From NCBI GenBank assembly GCA_964493415.1, contig CAZBND010000003.1:90229-154228 (forward strand): a stretch of 64,000 nucleotides of DNA, in the 5' to 3' direction. Shown here piece after piece: positions 55,459 through 64,000 of the stretch. Source of the DNA: an uncultured Planctomycetota bacterium (lineage in GTDB: Bacteria; Planctomycetota; DG-23; CAZBND01). The position numbers and the translations under genes were made by a program. Under the pieces are notes generated by a model. The model did not search any database, was not told the origin of the DNA, and worked only from the letters and a program-made list of their open reading frames with translations. Numbering within the stretch: the first letter of the stretch is position 1; each line of letters starts with the position of its first letter.

Positions 55459-56175
55459 ATGAAATGCCGTCATCTGCACGCGTGGGACGTTTCGCCCAAG
55501 GAAGCCTCCGCCATCCAGGAAGACCTCCGCAGCATGGTTGTTGCGCAGGGCGACCTCGGCAGGCCACGGACGGTCGCGGGTGCTGACGTGGCTTGTCCGA
55601 AGGGAGAGGGCGGGGCGATAGGCGGGGTCGCGGTTTTCTCCTATCCCGACCTCGAGCTTGTCGAGGAGGCCGTCGCCGAACGGGAGCTGGTCTTCCCATA
55701 CGTGCCGGGCCTCCTTGCGTTCCGCGAAGCCCCGGCGCTGTTGGACGCTTTCGAGAGGCTCACCGTGGAGCCGGACGTCCTGATTTTCGATGCACAGGGC
55801 TACGCCCACCCACGGAGAATGGGCCTCGCCAGTCATCTGGGAGTGCTGCTCGACAAGCCCAGCGTCGGATGTGCGAAGTCCCTGCTTATCGGCGATCATG
55901 AAGAGCCGGAGGACACCCCTGGCGCGTTGGCCCCGGTGCTGCATGACGGCGAGGTCATCGGCGCTGCCGTACGGACTCGAAAGGGCGTAAAGCCCCTCTT
56001 CGTCTCCGTGGGGCACAGGCTGTCTCTCCATGCTGCGATTGCCTTGGTGATTAACTGCTGCAAGGGCTACAAGCTCCCTGAACCGGCTAGGCGCGCACAC
56101 AGGCTCGTCAGCGGCTCGAAGAGAGCGACGCCGCGCGGGAAAGGAAATGAAAATGGAAACGTGGCCACCGACTAA
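55459..56175 (+). CDS. nfi: endonuclease V (deoxyinosine 3' endonuclease)
   Basis: Co-linear with E. coli Nfi (AGADV, FPYVPGLLAFRE, GYAHPRRMGLASHLGV, VSVGHR). Confidence 0.85.
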   Translation: MKCRHLHAWDVSPKEASAIQEDLRSMVVAQGDLGRPRTVAGADVACPKGEGGAIGGVAVFSYPDLELVEEAVAERELVFPYVPGLLAFREAPALLDAFERLTVEPDVLIFDAQGYAHPRRMGLASHLGVLLDKPSVGCAKSLLIGDHEEPEDTPGALAPVLHDGEVIGAAVRTRKGVKPLFVSVGHRLSLHAAIALVINCCKGYKLPEPARRAHRLVSGSKRATPRGKGNENGNVATD

Positions 56176-57532
56176 ATTCCGCCTCGGTCTCGCGAAAGGG
56201 GACCAGCTAAATCAGTTACTTGCGGAAATCCGCACAAGGCGCGACGCGGGCCATGTGCTTCGTGACGGCATCGAGGAGGAAATTGCATCCCTTCAGGCGG
56301 CTTCCGAGGACGAGCAGTACTCCGCCGCCCTGAGGCTCTGGAAAGAAGTGGAATCAACCGCCGTCGCCGGGGATTTCCCTTACAAGGAACCCAGCTCGCT
56401 GCCCGAGATTCGCGCGCTGAGGCCGCCCGGCACTCGGATTCGCGATCTCAAACTGAGCGACGAAGAGCTTTCCAACCGAATCCGGGGGGGATGGCTCGGC
56501 CGCTGCGCCGGATGCCTTCTTGGCAAACCTGCCGAAAGGCCGTGGTGGACCAAGCAGGGAATAGAGAATTTCCTCACGGCGCACGGCGCTTACCCGCTCT
56601 CAAATTACTTCCCCGCCGTCGCAGAAATGCCGGAGGGCATGGAATATTACCCCAGCGAGGTCTCGAACGCCGAAAACCCCTGCCTCCTCGAAAACATAAC
56701 GATGATGCCGCGGGATGACGACATCGACTACACGATCCTAAACCTCCTTCTGCTCGAACAATTGGGGCCGGAGTTCACCTCCCTCAACGTTGGGCAGATG
56801 TGGCTCAGCAAGCTTCCTGCAGCCGCCGTTTTCGGCGCGGCGCGTTACGCATACAGGAACTTGCTGCTGGGCCTCGTTCCCCCCGAAACCGCCACTCACT
56901 TGAATCCTCATAGCGAGTACATCGGGGCGCAGATCAGGGCCGACATGTTCGGCTATGTGTGTCCTGGCCGGCCGGAGAAAGCCGCCGAACTCGCCTACAA
57001 GGACGCGGCGCTTGACACACTCAGAAACGGTATCTACGGCGAGATGGCGGTAGCCGCTATGATAGCCGCGGCCTTCGTGGAATCCGACCCGAGGAGGGTG
57101 ATCGAAGCCGGCCTCGAAGAAATCCCGCAGTCGTGCCGCTACGCGGAAGCCGTCCGGCGATGTCTTGAGTGGCATGTCCAAATCCCCGACTGGGAAGAAG
57201 CTGTGGAACTGGCCCTCGCCGAGATAAAGCTCAACGTCGCCGTCAACGCTTCCCTTTCCTTCCTCGGGCTGCTGTACGGGGCGGGCGATTTCGAGAAAAC
57301 CATATGCCTGGCGGTAATGGGCGGGCTTGACACCGACTGCAACGGCGCAACCGCGGGCTCCATCGCCGGCGTGATGCTCGGGGCCGGCAAAATACCGGCG
57401 AAGTGGACCTCTCCGCTCAATGATACGATCCACAGCTTCATCGCAGGGATAGGGAAGGGGAGCGTCGAGGATTTCGCCGCTCGCACCGCGGCGATAGCCG
57501 GGCAAAACATCCAGGGACGCCCCGGCGCTTAG
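56147..57532 (+). CDS. ADP-ribosylglycohydrolase family protein (DraG/ARH-like) with ~100-aa N-terminal extension
   Basis: ARH motifs (GGWLGRCAGCLLG, GGLDTDCNGATAGSIAG). The start overlaps the last 29 nt of nfi. Confidence 0.7.
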   Translation: MKMETWPPTKFRLGLAKGDQLNQLLAEIRTRRDAGHVLRDGIEEEIASLQAASEDEQYSAALRLWKEVESTAVAGDFPYKEPSSLPEIRALRPPGTRIRDLKLSDEELSNRIRGGWLGRCAGCLLGKPAERPWWTKQGIENFLTAHGAYPLSNYFPAVAEMPEGMEYYPSEVSNAENPCLLENITMMPRDDDIDYTILNLLLLEQLGPEFTSLNVGQMWLSKLPAAAVFGAARYAYRNLLLGLVPPETATHLNPHSEYIGAQIRADMFGYVCPGRPEKAAELAYKDAALDTLRNGIYGEMAVAAMIAAAFVESDPRRVIEAGLEEIPQSCRYAEAVRRCLEWHVQIPDWEEAVELALAEIKLNVAVNASLSFLGLLYGAGDFEKTICLAVMGGLDTDCNGATAGSIAGVMLGAGKIPAKWTSPLNDTIHSFIAGIGKGSVEDFAARTAAIAGQNIQGRPGA

Positions 57533-57550
57533 CCGCCCGCTGAACCCGCC

Positions 57551-58381
57551 CTAGCAGCTTGGGGAATATCCCAGCTCGCGCTCCGCCTTCCCGGTGGAGA
57601 AGGAGCTTGCTCCTTCAATGACTTCTGGGCTGACCCGGGCGATCCCGAGCTCAGCGGCTGCACGTGCAACCGCCTCGCCTCGATCCACTTCACCTTCTTT
57701 CGTGTATCGATACCTCGTCGTGATATTGTAGACCCCGTGCTCGATGTCCGATTCGACGCCCAATCTGAATGCCTGAGCCAGGTCCTCCGACACCAGCTTG
57801 GCTCCCAGCAGGTTGGTCCACAACTCCCCGCGATCGTTCTTGACGGAGAACACCTTTTCCCGGAGAGTGAAGTTCCCGAGCCTGAGGCACACGGTCGCCA
57901 TGCCGTGTCGAAGCGTGTAGCTCCGGCACAGCATCTCGCCCATCAGTTTGGTTGCCGCGTACGTCGTCGCGGGCAAGCACGGATGGTCTTCGTCGATGGG
58001 GAGGTGGCGGGGGAGGGGACCTTTTCCCGATATCCCGTAAACCACGACGCTGCTGGCGAACACCACTCGCCGCACTCCCGAACTCCGCGCGGCCTCGAGC
58101 ACATTGAACGTACCTTTCATGTTGAGGTCGAAGATCTTTTCCGCCTCTCCTGTGTCCTTCGGGATAGCCGCCGTGTGGCAGACGGCCTGGACCCCCTGGA
58201 TCTTCGCTCGCAGGTCGACGAGGTCCCTGATGTCGCCGCTCACGAACTCCCAACTCGAGCCGGGGTATTCTTGAACGTCAAGCCCCAGGACTGAGAACCC
58301 GTTGGCGGCCAGTTCCGCGGCGACCGTTCTCCCGGCGCGCCCGGAAGAGCCGGTCACCAGCACTCGCTTAATCTTCGCCAT
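57551..58381 (-). CDS. NAD-dependent epimerase/dehydratase (extended SDR)
   Basis: TGSSGRAG Rossmann motif and catalytic YxxxK (YAATK). ATG at 58381 with an AGGAG RBS; the ORF extends 6 codons further to a GTG. Confidence 0.75.
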   Translation of the reverse strand: MAKIKRVLVTGSSGRAGRTVAAELAANGFSVLGLDVQEYPGSSWEFVSGDIRDLVDLRAKIQGVQAVCHTAAIPKDTGEAEKIFDLNMKGTFNVLEAARSSGVRRVVFASSVVVYGISGKGPLPRHLPIDEDHPCLPATTYAATKLMGEMLCRSYTLRHGMATVCLRLGNFTLREKVFSVKNDRGELWTNLLGAKLVSEDLAQAFRLGVESDIEHGVYNITTRYRYTKEGEVDRGEAVARAAAELGIARVSPEVIEGASSFSTGKAERELGYSPSC

Positions 58382-58455
58382 GCTCTGACTCCTAGTCACG
58401 CTTCAATCCTCACCCATCTGTGAGGATGCCGACAACCGCGTTCGCACACGCCACG

Positions 58456-59304
58456 TCAAGACCGGCGGAATTGGAGAGTGCGCTTCAGCAGCAGCACAAG
58501 CACGTAAGCCGCTCCGGAGACCGCTATGATGGTAGCTCCGGAAGGAAGGTCCGGCCCATAGCTCAGCATCAAACCGGTCGTAGTGAAAATCACGCTCAAG
58601 ATGACCGAGAGCCCCATCATTTGCCACAGCGTTCTGGAAAAATGTCCGGCCACGGCGATTGGCAGCGTCAGCAGCGCAACCACCAACACGATTCCCACAA
58701 CCGTCACTAGCAGCACCACGGTAAGGGCCGTTATGCACAGCAGCAACAAGTAGAAGAATTCCACCTTGATGTCCCGCAGTCGCGCGTACTCTTCGTCGTA
58801 GCAGATGGCCAGGAACTGGTTGTAGAACAACAGCCCTACGGCGAGCACCAATGCGTCCAGCCCGCCGATCAGCCACAGATCCCTCGTTCCCACCATCAGG
58901 ATGTTTCCGAAAAGGTAGCTCATCAGGTCGGCGTTGTAGCCGGGTGTCCTCGAGATGAAGATGATCCCAGTCGCCATTCCTATTGCCCAAAGCGCGCTGA
59001 TGACGGTGTCTTCTCTCTCCTTCGCCCTCAGGCTCACAAGCCCTATCACCATGGCCGCGGCGAGAGCCGCCGCCGCCGCCCCGTAGAGCGGGTCCAGCCA
59101 TTCCAATCCGTGAGTCTTCCGGAGGTAATATGCGCCGCCTATCCCTCCAAGGACGCAATGTGCGATCCCACCGGCAATGTACGTTATTCGCCGCACCGCC
59201 ACGTACGAGCCCACCACCCCGCAGGCTATGCTTGCCAGGACGCCCGCCAGCAGCGCGTGCCTCATGAACGGGTAGTCGACCACGGCGCGCAGGAACTCAC
59301 CCAT
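58456..59304 (-). CDS. znuB: metal (Zn/Mn) ABC transporter permease, ABC-3 family
   Basis: ABC-3 permease topology and conserved motifs. ATG chosen at 59304 after the znuC overlap. Confidence 0.75.
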   Translation of the reverse strand: MGEFLRAVVDYPFMRHALLAGVLASIACGVVGSYVAVRRITYIAGGIAHCVLGGIGGAYYLRKTHGLEWLDPLYGAAAAALAAAMVIGLVSLRAKEREDTVISALWAIGMATGIIFISRTPGYNADLMSYLFGNILMVGTRDLWLIGGLDALVLAVGLLFYNQFLAICYDEEYARLRDIKVEFFYLLLLCITALTVVLLVTVVGIVLVVALLTLPIAVAGHFSRTLWQMMGLSVILSVIFTTTGLMLSYGPDLPSGATIIAVSGAAYVLVLLLKRTLQFRRS

Positions 59305-60058
59305 CGCCCTTTGCCCCTTCCGACACGTCCCTGTCATGCCTGACCGCGCACACGTCCTCTCCGTACAGTTCCCTGATCAGCTCCCCCGTGATCGCGCTCG
59401 TCGGGTGCACCACCACAGTGCGCTTTACGCATATGACGCTCTTCACGTACCTCGACACGAATCCCAGATCGTGGGAAGCGACCACCACCGTCAGTCGCTC
59501 GTTAAGCTCACGCAGCACCTCGTATACTTCGCACTCCACCTGCAAATCCAAGCTCGCCGTCGGCTCATCCAGAAGCAGTATCTCGGGATTCGAGGCAAGC
59601 GCTCGGGCGATCAGGGTCCTCTGCTGCTGCCCGCCGGACAGGGTCGAGAACTTGCGCTCGGAAAGCTCCTGCATTTCCACTTCCCGCAATGCGTCCAGAG
59701 CCGCCTGCTTGTCCGCTTTTCGATATGGGCCGAATTTCCTCGTTATGCCCATTCGCCCCATCAGGACCACGTCGATCACCCTCACGGGGAAAAGCGGGTC
59801 CAGGAGCGCATGCTGGGGCATATAACCCATCCTCAGCCGGGATTCTTCGGGAGGCGTTCCGAAAACGCTCACCTTTCCCTTTGTCGGGCGCAGCAGCCCC
59901 AGGAAAAGTTTTATCAACGTGGTCTTCCCGCCCCCGTTAGGCCCGACGATGCATGCGAAATCAAGCTCGCCCACGGAGAGGTTGACATCCTCCAATACGG
60001 GCATCCCATCGTAGGAAAAGTCAACGCCTTCCAGTCGAATAACGGCTTCCTTGCTCAT
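59297..60058 (-). CDS. znuC: metal ABC transporter ATP-binding protein
   Basis: Walker A GPNGGGKTT, signature LSGGQQQR, Walker B LLLDEP. The ATG overlaps the znuA stop (ATGA). Confidence 0.85.
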   Translation of the reverse strand: MSKEAVIRLEGVDFSYDGMPVLEDVNLSVGELDFACIVGPNGGGKTTLIKLFLGLLRPTKGKVSVFGTPPEESRLRMGYMPQHALLDPLFPVRVIDVVLMGRMGITRKFGPYRKADKQAALDALREVEMQELSERKFSTLSGGQQQRTLIARALASNPEILLLDEPTASLDLQVECEVYEVLRELNERLTVVVASHDLGFVSRYVKSVICVKRTVVVHPTSAITGELIRELYGEDVCAVRHDRDVSEGAKGDG

Positions 60059-61026
60059 GGTTGCCTCAAAGCATTCTCGATTTTGGCTGCCATTTCTTCC
60101 AAGTTCCTTACGTAGTCCTTAGCCAGCGGATCCATAGGGACGACCACCCCCCCTATGGCTTTGGCGATCGCCTCTGCGCTCTTTCGCGAGAACTGCGGCT
60201 GTACGAAAATCACCCTCACTCCTTGCTTCTTCGCCCAGTCGACAAGCTGCGTCAGTTGCTTGGCGCTGGGTTCTTTGCCCTCAACCTCTACCGCCACCTG
60301 CTTCAGCCCGTACTCCTTCGCGAAATGCCCGAAAGCCGGATGAAAAACCATGAATTCCTTGCCCTTAAGAGGCGCGAGCGCTCTTGCGAGCTTTCCATCG
60401 AGCTCATCCAGTCGGGCCTTCAAAGCCCTCAGGTTCTTCTCGTAATCCACTCCGTGCGCGGGGTCCACGGATTTCAGCCCTTCGCATATGTTTGCTGCGA
60501 TCAGCTTTGCCGACCTCGGCGACAGCCACAGGTGCGGGTCCTCTTCCGACTCCTCGTGCTTGTGCGTCGGTCCTTCCGTTTCGCTGGGGCTTCCTGTCGG
60601 CTCGGCATCCTCGTCGGTCTCGTTGTGATGGGAACGCTTGATCCCCTTGGCGGCATCCAGGATATTCAGGTTGCTGTTCGCCGCCGCGATCTTCTCGACA
60701 AGCTTTTTCTCGAACGGCAAGCCTATCGTGAAGTAAACCTGCGCTCCGGCAAGCCTGGCCATCTGTTTAGGCGTCGGCTCGAAGGTATGGGGTGACTGCC
60801 CGGGGCCGACCAGCACGTCCACTTGAACCAGCGGGCCGCCCACTTCCTCGACGAAGAACGCCTCCGGAAGGATGCTCACGAAGGCTCCCACTCTCGGCGT
60901 CTCGCCTTCCGCGTGGGATGGAATCGCGGATGACATTAGAAAGACCAGACCGGCCAGTGCGAGCGTTCGGAAGGTATGCGTCAATGCTCCTCTAATCCGG
61001 AAGTCCATCTGAGGTGCCGGCGTCAT
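60055..61026 (-). CDS. znuA: periplasmic metal-binding protein ZnuA-like with His/Asp/Glu-rich loop
   Basis: Signal peptide, TroA-like fold motifs, acidic/His-rich flexible loop (HHNETDEDAEP...HKHEESEEDPH). ATG at 61026 overlaps the upstream regulator stop (ATGA); the 115-codon N-terminal ORF extension is not used. Confidence 0.8.
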   Translation of the reverse strand: MTPAPQMDFRIRGALTHTFRTLALAGLVFLMSSAIPSHAEGETPRVGAFVSILPEAFFVEEVGGPLVQVDVLVGPGQSPHTFEPTPKQMARLAGAQVYFTIGLPFEKKLVEKIAAANSNLNILDAAKGIKRSHHNETDEDAEPTGSPSETEGPTHKHEESEEDPHLWLSPRSAKLIAANICEGLKSVDPAHGVDYEKNLRALKARLDELDGKLARALAPLKGKEFMVFHPAFGHFAKEYGLKQVAVEVEGKEPSAKQLTQLVDWAKKQGVRVIFVQPQFSRKSAEAIAKAIGGVVVPMDPLAKDYVRNLEEMAAKIENALRQP

Positions 61027-61340
61027 CTGTTGCTTCCCTTCGCCTTGACCGGCTCCTCGTGCGTGCCGGCGCAGACCAGGCGAATCTCGTTGCATTCGTC
61101 GCACCTCTCCACCGAATGGCGCGTGCTGAACTCCTCCCAGTGTTTCTTCTGGTTCGGGGTCAGGATGCCGGTTCCCCTGCACAGGGGGCATGCACTGTTC
61201 AAGGCCGAGAGCACCGCCGCGCGGATGAACTCCGAGCGATTCGGTATCCCTTCCAGCGCGTCGACGAACGCGCCGTCCGCCTTGAAAGTTATAATCTCGC
61301 GCTTGTTTTGTCTCATCGCCGGGCTCTCCTCCAGGTGCAA
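61023..61340 (-). CDS. ribbon-helix-helix (CopG-like) protein with C-terminal Cys4 zinc-ribbon; candidate metal-responsive regulator of znuACB
   Basis: N-terminal RHH pattern (KREIITFKADGAFVDALE...RSEFIRAAVLSAL) and C-terminal CPLC...CDEC. Translationally coupled to znuA. Confidence 0.5.
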   Translation of the reverse strand: MHLEESPAMRQNKREIITFKADGAFVDALEGIPNRSEFIRAAVLSALNSACPLCRGTGILTPNQKKHWEEFSTRHSVERCDECNEIRLVCAGTHEEPVKAKGSNR

Positions 61341-61490
61341 ATTGGCCGCAGCAGTTAGGGGGAAACCTCCCCATCTCTATTATTACTTGGTATTACCCCC
61401 GGTCAAGAATTACCTCGGGCGGAAACTGATCGGCAGCTCTTGCTTACGACCCCCGCGGCCGCAGGGGTCTGGAGAAGCTGATGGAATGCC

Positions 61491-63455
61491 TCAGCTGAAC
61501 CCGTACCAGAAGTCGTGCCCGCCTCCTGGGAACCATATCGCGTCAACCATTGAAGACACTATCACCCCAAAGATGGTACCGAAAATGAGCCCCATGAACG
61601 CGGGCGCAACTCTCCTGTAGGCGGCGACGCCGCCCACCTTCAGCGTCACGTACTTGACCAGCCACGCAATAAACACCGACAGCATGAATATCCTGATGTC
61701 GAACACGTAATTCACGGTGAAACCTATTGGGTGGAGCGGCCACCACGGGAAACGCACCATGAGCACCGAGAGGACCGCCACTACGAACGCGCCTATCGCA
61801 AAGAAGCTTATGCCCATCCAGTCCGGCCCCTGCGGGTCCCTTAACTTCCTCACGATCCCATCAAGCATCAGAATGTTCTCGTGGTTGAATTGGGGCCGAT
61901 TGAAATTAGTCGCGCCGAACCTGTAAGCCAGAATAAGCGTGAACAGCACCGAAATCGTCATCGCCAGCAACCCCGAGCCGAAGACAACCGGAAAAAGAGC
62001 GCGCTTACGCTTCTCCACTCCGTCGGCCAGCTTAACAACATGAGCTGCTGCCGTGCTCACAAACGCGGAGTTCCCCCCCACGGTCGCGTAGCCGGCCCCT
62101 ATCGACCCCATTGTGCTTGCTGACAGCGAGTGGACCCCAAATATCCCTGGAACGAAAGATTGGGCTGCCATGCTCGGCCGAACGAAAACCAGTCCGGCTT
62201 CCGACACTATTCTCGCCAATCCCAAGAACAAAACCCCGCTGCATCCAACGAATAGCAGAGCGCTCTTGAGCTGCATGCCCGATTTGCTCAGCCAGCAGAT
62301 TACGTAGGCTAGTCCCAGCAGAAGGCTCAGCAATGCTGCGCGGTAGGACATCATCTCTCCTGAATCGTCTATGTCCTCACGCCTTGGGTTCCATGCTTTC
62401 TTTGCAACTGCGATGATGTGCCTCCGGCTCCTCCACAGCGCGAAAAGGACGATCACGGACAGCCCCCCGAACGACTGCCATCCCATGTAACTGCCCGACA
62501 CGAAGAAGTCCGCCCCCTTAGGATTGAAGCCGAGCTTGCTCAAGACGGCTATCTCCACAAGCGCAACCGCGAAGAAGAACCAAAGGCTGAACAGCACCTG
62601 GGTGTTGGCAAGAAAAGCGAACCCCATGATCAGAAAATGAATCCGATTGTGTATTGGAGGGACGTTCGGGATGCTCCGGATCGTTATCCCTTTCAAAGCC
62701 GTCGGGATGGTCGGGAACCCCGGGAGGAAGTAATTGACGATGTTCCAAAGGACGACCCCGGAGGCGATCCCGAAACCGATCCAGAAGGCCCGTGAGCGAG
62801 CCATCGGCGGAAGCCACCCCCCTCCCGGAGGCTGTTTCACCATCTCCAGCGGAACCTGGGCAAGGGGGAACACCAGTCGCTCGTTTACCACCCACTGCTT
62901 TCGCAAGATCACAAACGACGCCAGCGTCACCAGCATTGTCGCCGCCAGAAGCTGGAACCACCAGAACAACGGACCGGCCCACGCGTCCCACGGTATGTGC
63001 GCTCCCTCCGGCAGCCCGTTGAAAAAGTGAGTCATCGCTCCGGACTCGTCCGACGGGAAAAGCCACGCGGGTATGTTTGGTAGCAGGTACTCCCCCCACT
63101 TGTTCTCGTAAGTCGCGAAGTAATTCGGCGCGGCAAGCACTGAAACCAGATGCGACGTCAGGCGCGTTGTGGGCATCATCGATGCTATCAGGCCCATCAT
63201 AAAGACGACCACCAATTCGCGGGACGTCAGCGCGGACTTCGGCTTAAGCACGCGGAGCGCTCCGTTGACGGCAAACACCAGGATGGAGAACGGGATCAGG
63301 AGCGCCATGGGCATATGCCCCATCTCCATCCGGTACCCGTGCGTTAAGTACTCCGCATACGTGGCGAAGCCGCACACAACGATGACGAGCACTAGTCCCG
63401 TCACGACTGCTCGCGCTGTGACGCTCCTGTTTTGTTGCTGATCGATTTCGCCCAT
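61491..63455 (-). CDS. large polytopic membrane protein of unknown function (~650 aa, >12 TM segments)
   Basis: Long hydrophobic ORF; ATG at 63455 verified. No recognised family. Confidence 0.5.
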   Translation of the reverse strand: MGEIDQQQNRSVTARAVVTGLVLVIVVCGFATYAEYLTHGYRMEMGHMPMALLIPFSILVFAVNGALRVLKPKSALTSRELVVVFMMGLIASMMPTTRLTSHLVSVLAAPNYFATYENKWGEYLLPNIPAWLFPSDESGAMTHFFNGLPEGAHIPWDAWAGPLFWWFQLLAATMLVTLASFVILRKQWVVNERLVFPLAQVPLEMVKQPPGGGWLPPMARSRAFWIGFGIASGVVLWNIVNYFLPGFPTIPTALKGITIRSIPNVPPIHNRIHFLIMGFAFLANTQVLFSLWFFFAVALVEIAVLSKLGFNPKGADFFVSGSYMGWQSFGGLSVIVLFALWRSRRHIIAVAKKAWNPRREDIDDSGEMMSYRAALLSLLLGLAYVICWLSKSGMQLKSALLFVGCSGVLFLGLARIVSEAGLVFVRPSMAAQSFVPGIFGVHSLSASTMGSIGAGYATVGGNSAFVSTAAAHVVKLADGVEKRKRALFPVVFGSGLLAMTISVLFTLILAYRFGATNFNRPQFNHENILMLDGIVRKLRDPQGPDWMGISFFAIGAFVVAVLSVLMVRFPWWPLHPIGFTVNYVFDIRIFMLSVFIAWLVKYVTLKVGGVAAYRRVAPAFMGLIFGTIFGVIVSSMVDAIWFPGGGHDFWYGFS

Positions 63456-64000
63456 CCAGCGGCTCCGTGGTGTCTCGAACGAGATTCTAGTGCCTGCCAA
63501 TCGCCATTGGAAGGGTTCGTACCGGCGTCGGCTTAAGGTCCACACCAGGCTCTGCCGATACTAAGTTCAAATCAGGGTGCCGGCAAGGGATTGCCGCGCA
63601 CGGTTCCGCGGTTGATGTCCTGGAGATTCAAGGAGGGCCCGATGGACGTCATCCCCCATTCGTCTCTATCCACCTCATTGCTTTCCCGCTTCGCGTCCCG
63701 TGACCTGGATTTGTTCGAACCGATTGTGCCGGCGACCGGTGAGATTAGCGGGCCGCATCACAATGATCAGATGGCGCCGCAGGACTCCTTTGTCAACCAG
63801 GAGCCTTCGCTTCGCCCATGGGCCGCCTATTCCCCCGCCCGTCCGGCTGCAGCGAGTCACGGTCAGCCCGATTTGAATGGGCTCAGTAGAATTATGGCGC
63901 TGCTCCGGTCCCTGGGAGAAGACCAGCTCCAAAGTGCGTCGATGTCGCTTACGGTCAGACAATCGATCGCTTTCACGCTCGAGGCGCGCAATGCCATGGG

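Noticed and set aside
60061-60795. 244-codon + strand ORF
   Set aside because: Antisense to znuA.
63675-63962. 95-codon - strand ORF near the window end
   Set aside because: Arg-rich, with no start context or family features. The region 63546-64000 is left unannotated.
1-64000. CRISPR arrays, transposases/integrases, phage genes, toxin-antitoxin pairs
   Set aside because: No spaced direct-repeat arrays, no DDE/tyrosine recombinase-like ORFs and no abrupt GC shifts were seen. The window appears to be core chromosome.

Overview
High-GC (~62%) bacterial chromosomal segment that is densely coding on both strands. I found no mobile elements, CRISPR arrays or rRNA genes. Gene content suggests an anaerobic diderm bacterium: CODH/ACS carbonyl-branch genes, superoxide reductase plus a rubrerythrin-like gene, and LolA. 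Housekeeping genes recognised: pyrK-pyrD, larE-like, proB, leuCD, mdh-fumA-fumB, tmk-holB-PSP1-metG, ribA, dnaK, rpsT, trxBA and znuACB, plus tRNA-Ala(CGC) and tRNA-Asp(GTC). The most unusual loci are: (1) at 21336-25944, a three-domain nuclease (ERCC1/XPF-like fold with apparently degenerate catalytic motifs, HhH2, and a C-terminal PD-(D/E)xK module) translationally coupled to an MrfA/YprA-type DExH helicase with a DUF1998 zinc domain, followed by an MrfB/YprB-type DEDD exonuclease; this looks like an expanded MrfAB crosslink-repair or nucleic-acid-processing module that I do not recognise as described. (2) An acetyl-CoA synthase cluster (cooC-acsB-acsC-RACo-cooC-acsE) with no acsA or acsD in the window, but with an embedded polytopic membrane protein and a secreted HExxH metallopeptidase-like protein that is overlap-coupled to its neighbours. 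(3) Two in-frame domain fusions: an anti-sigma-factor-type kinase fused to PyrK, and a HAD phosphatase fused to YvcK. (4) Endonuclease V overlapping an ADP-ribosylglycohydrolase gene. (5) A ribbon-helix-helix/Cys4 regulator coupled by ATGA overlaps to znuACB. All annotation is by eye from the translated ORFs, so family assignments are recognitions rather than searches.
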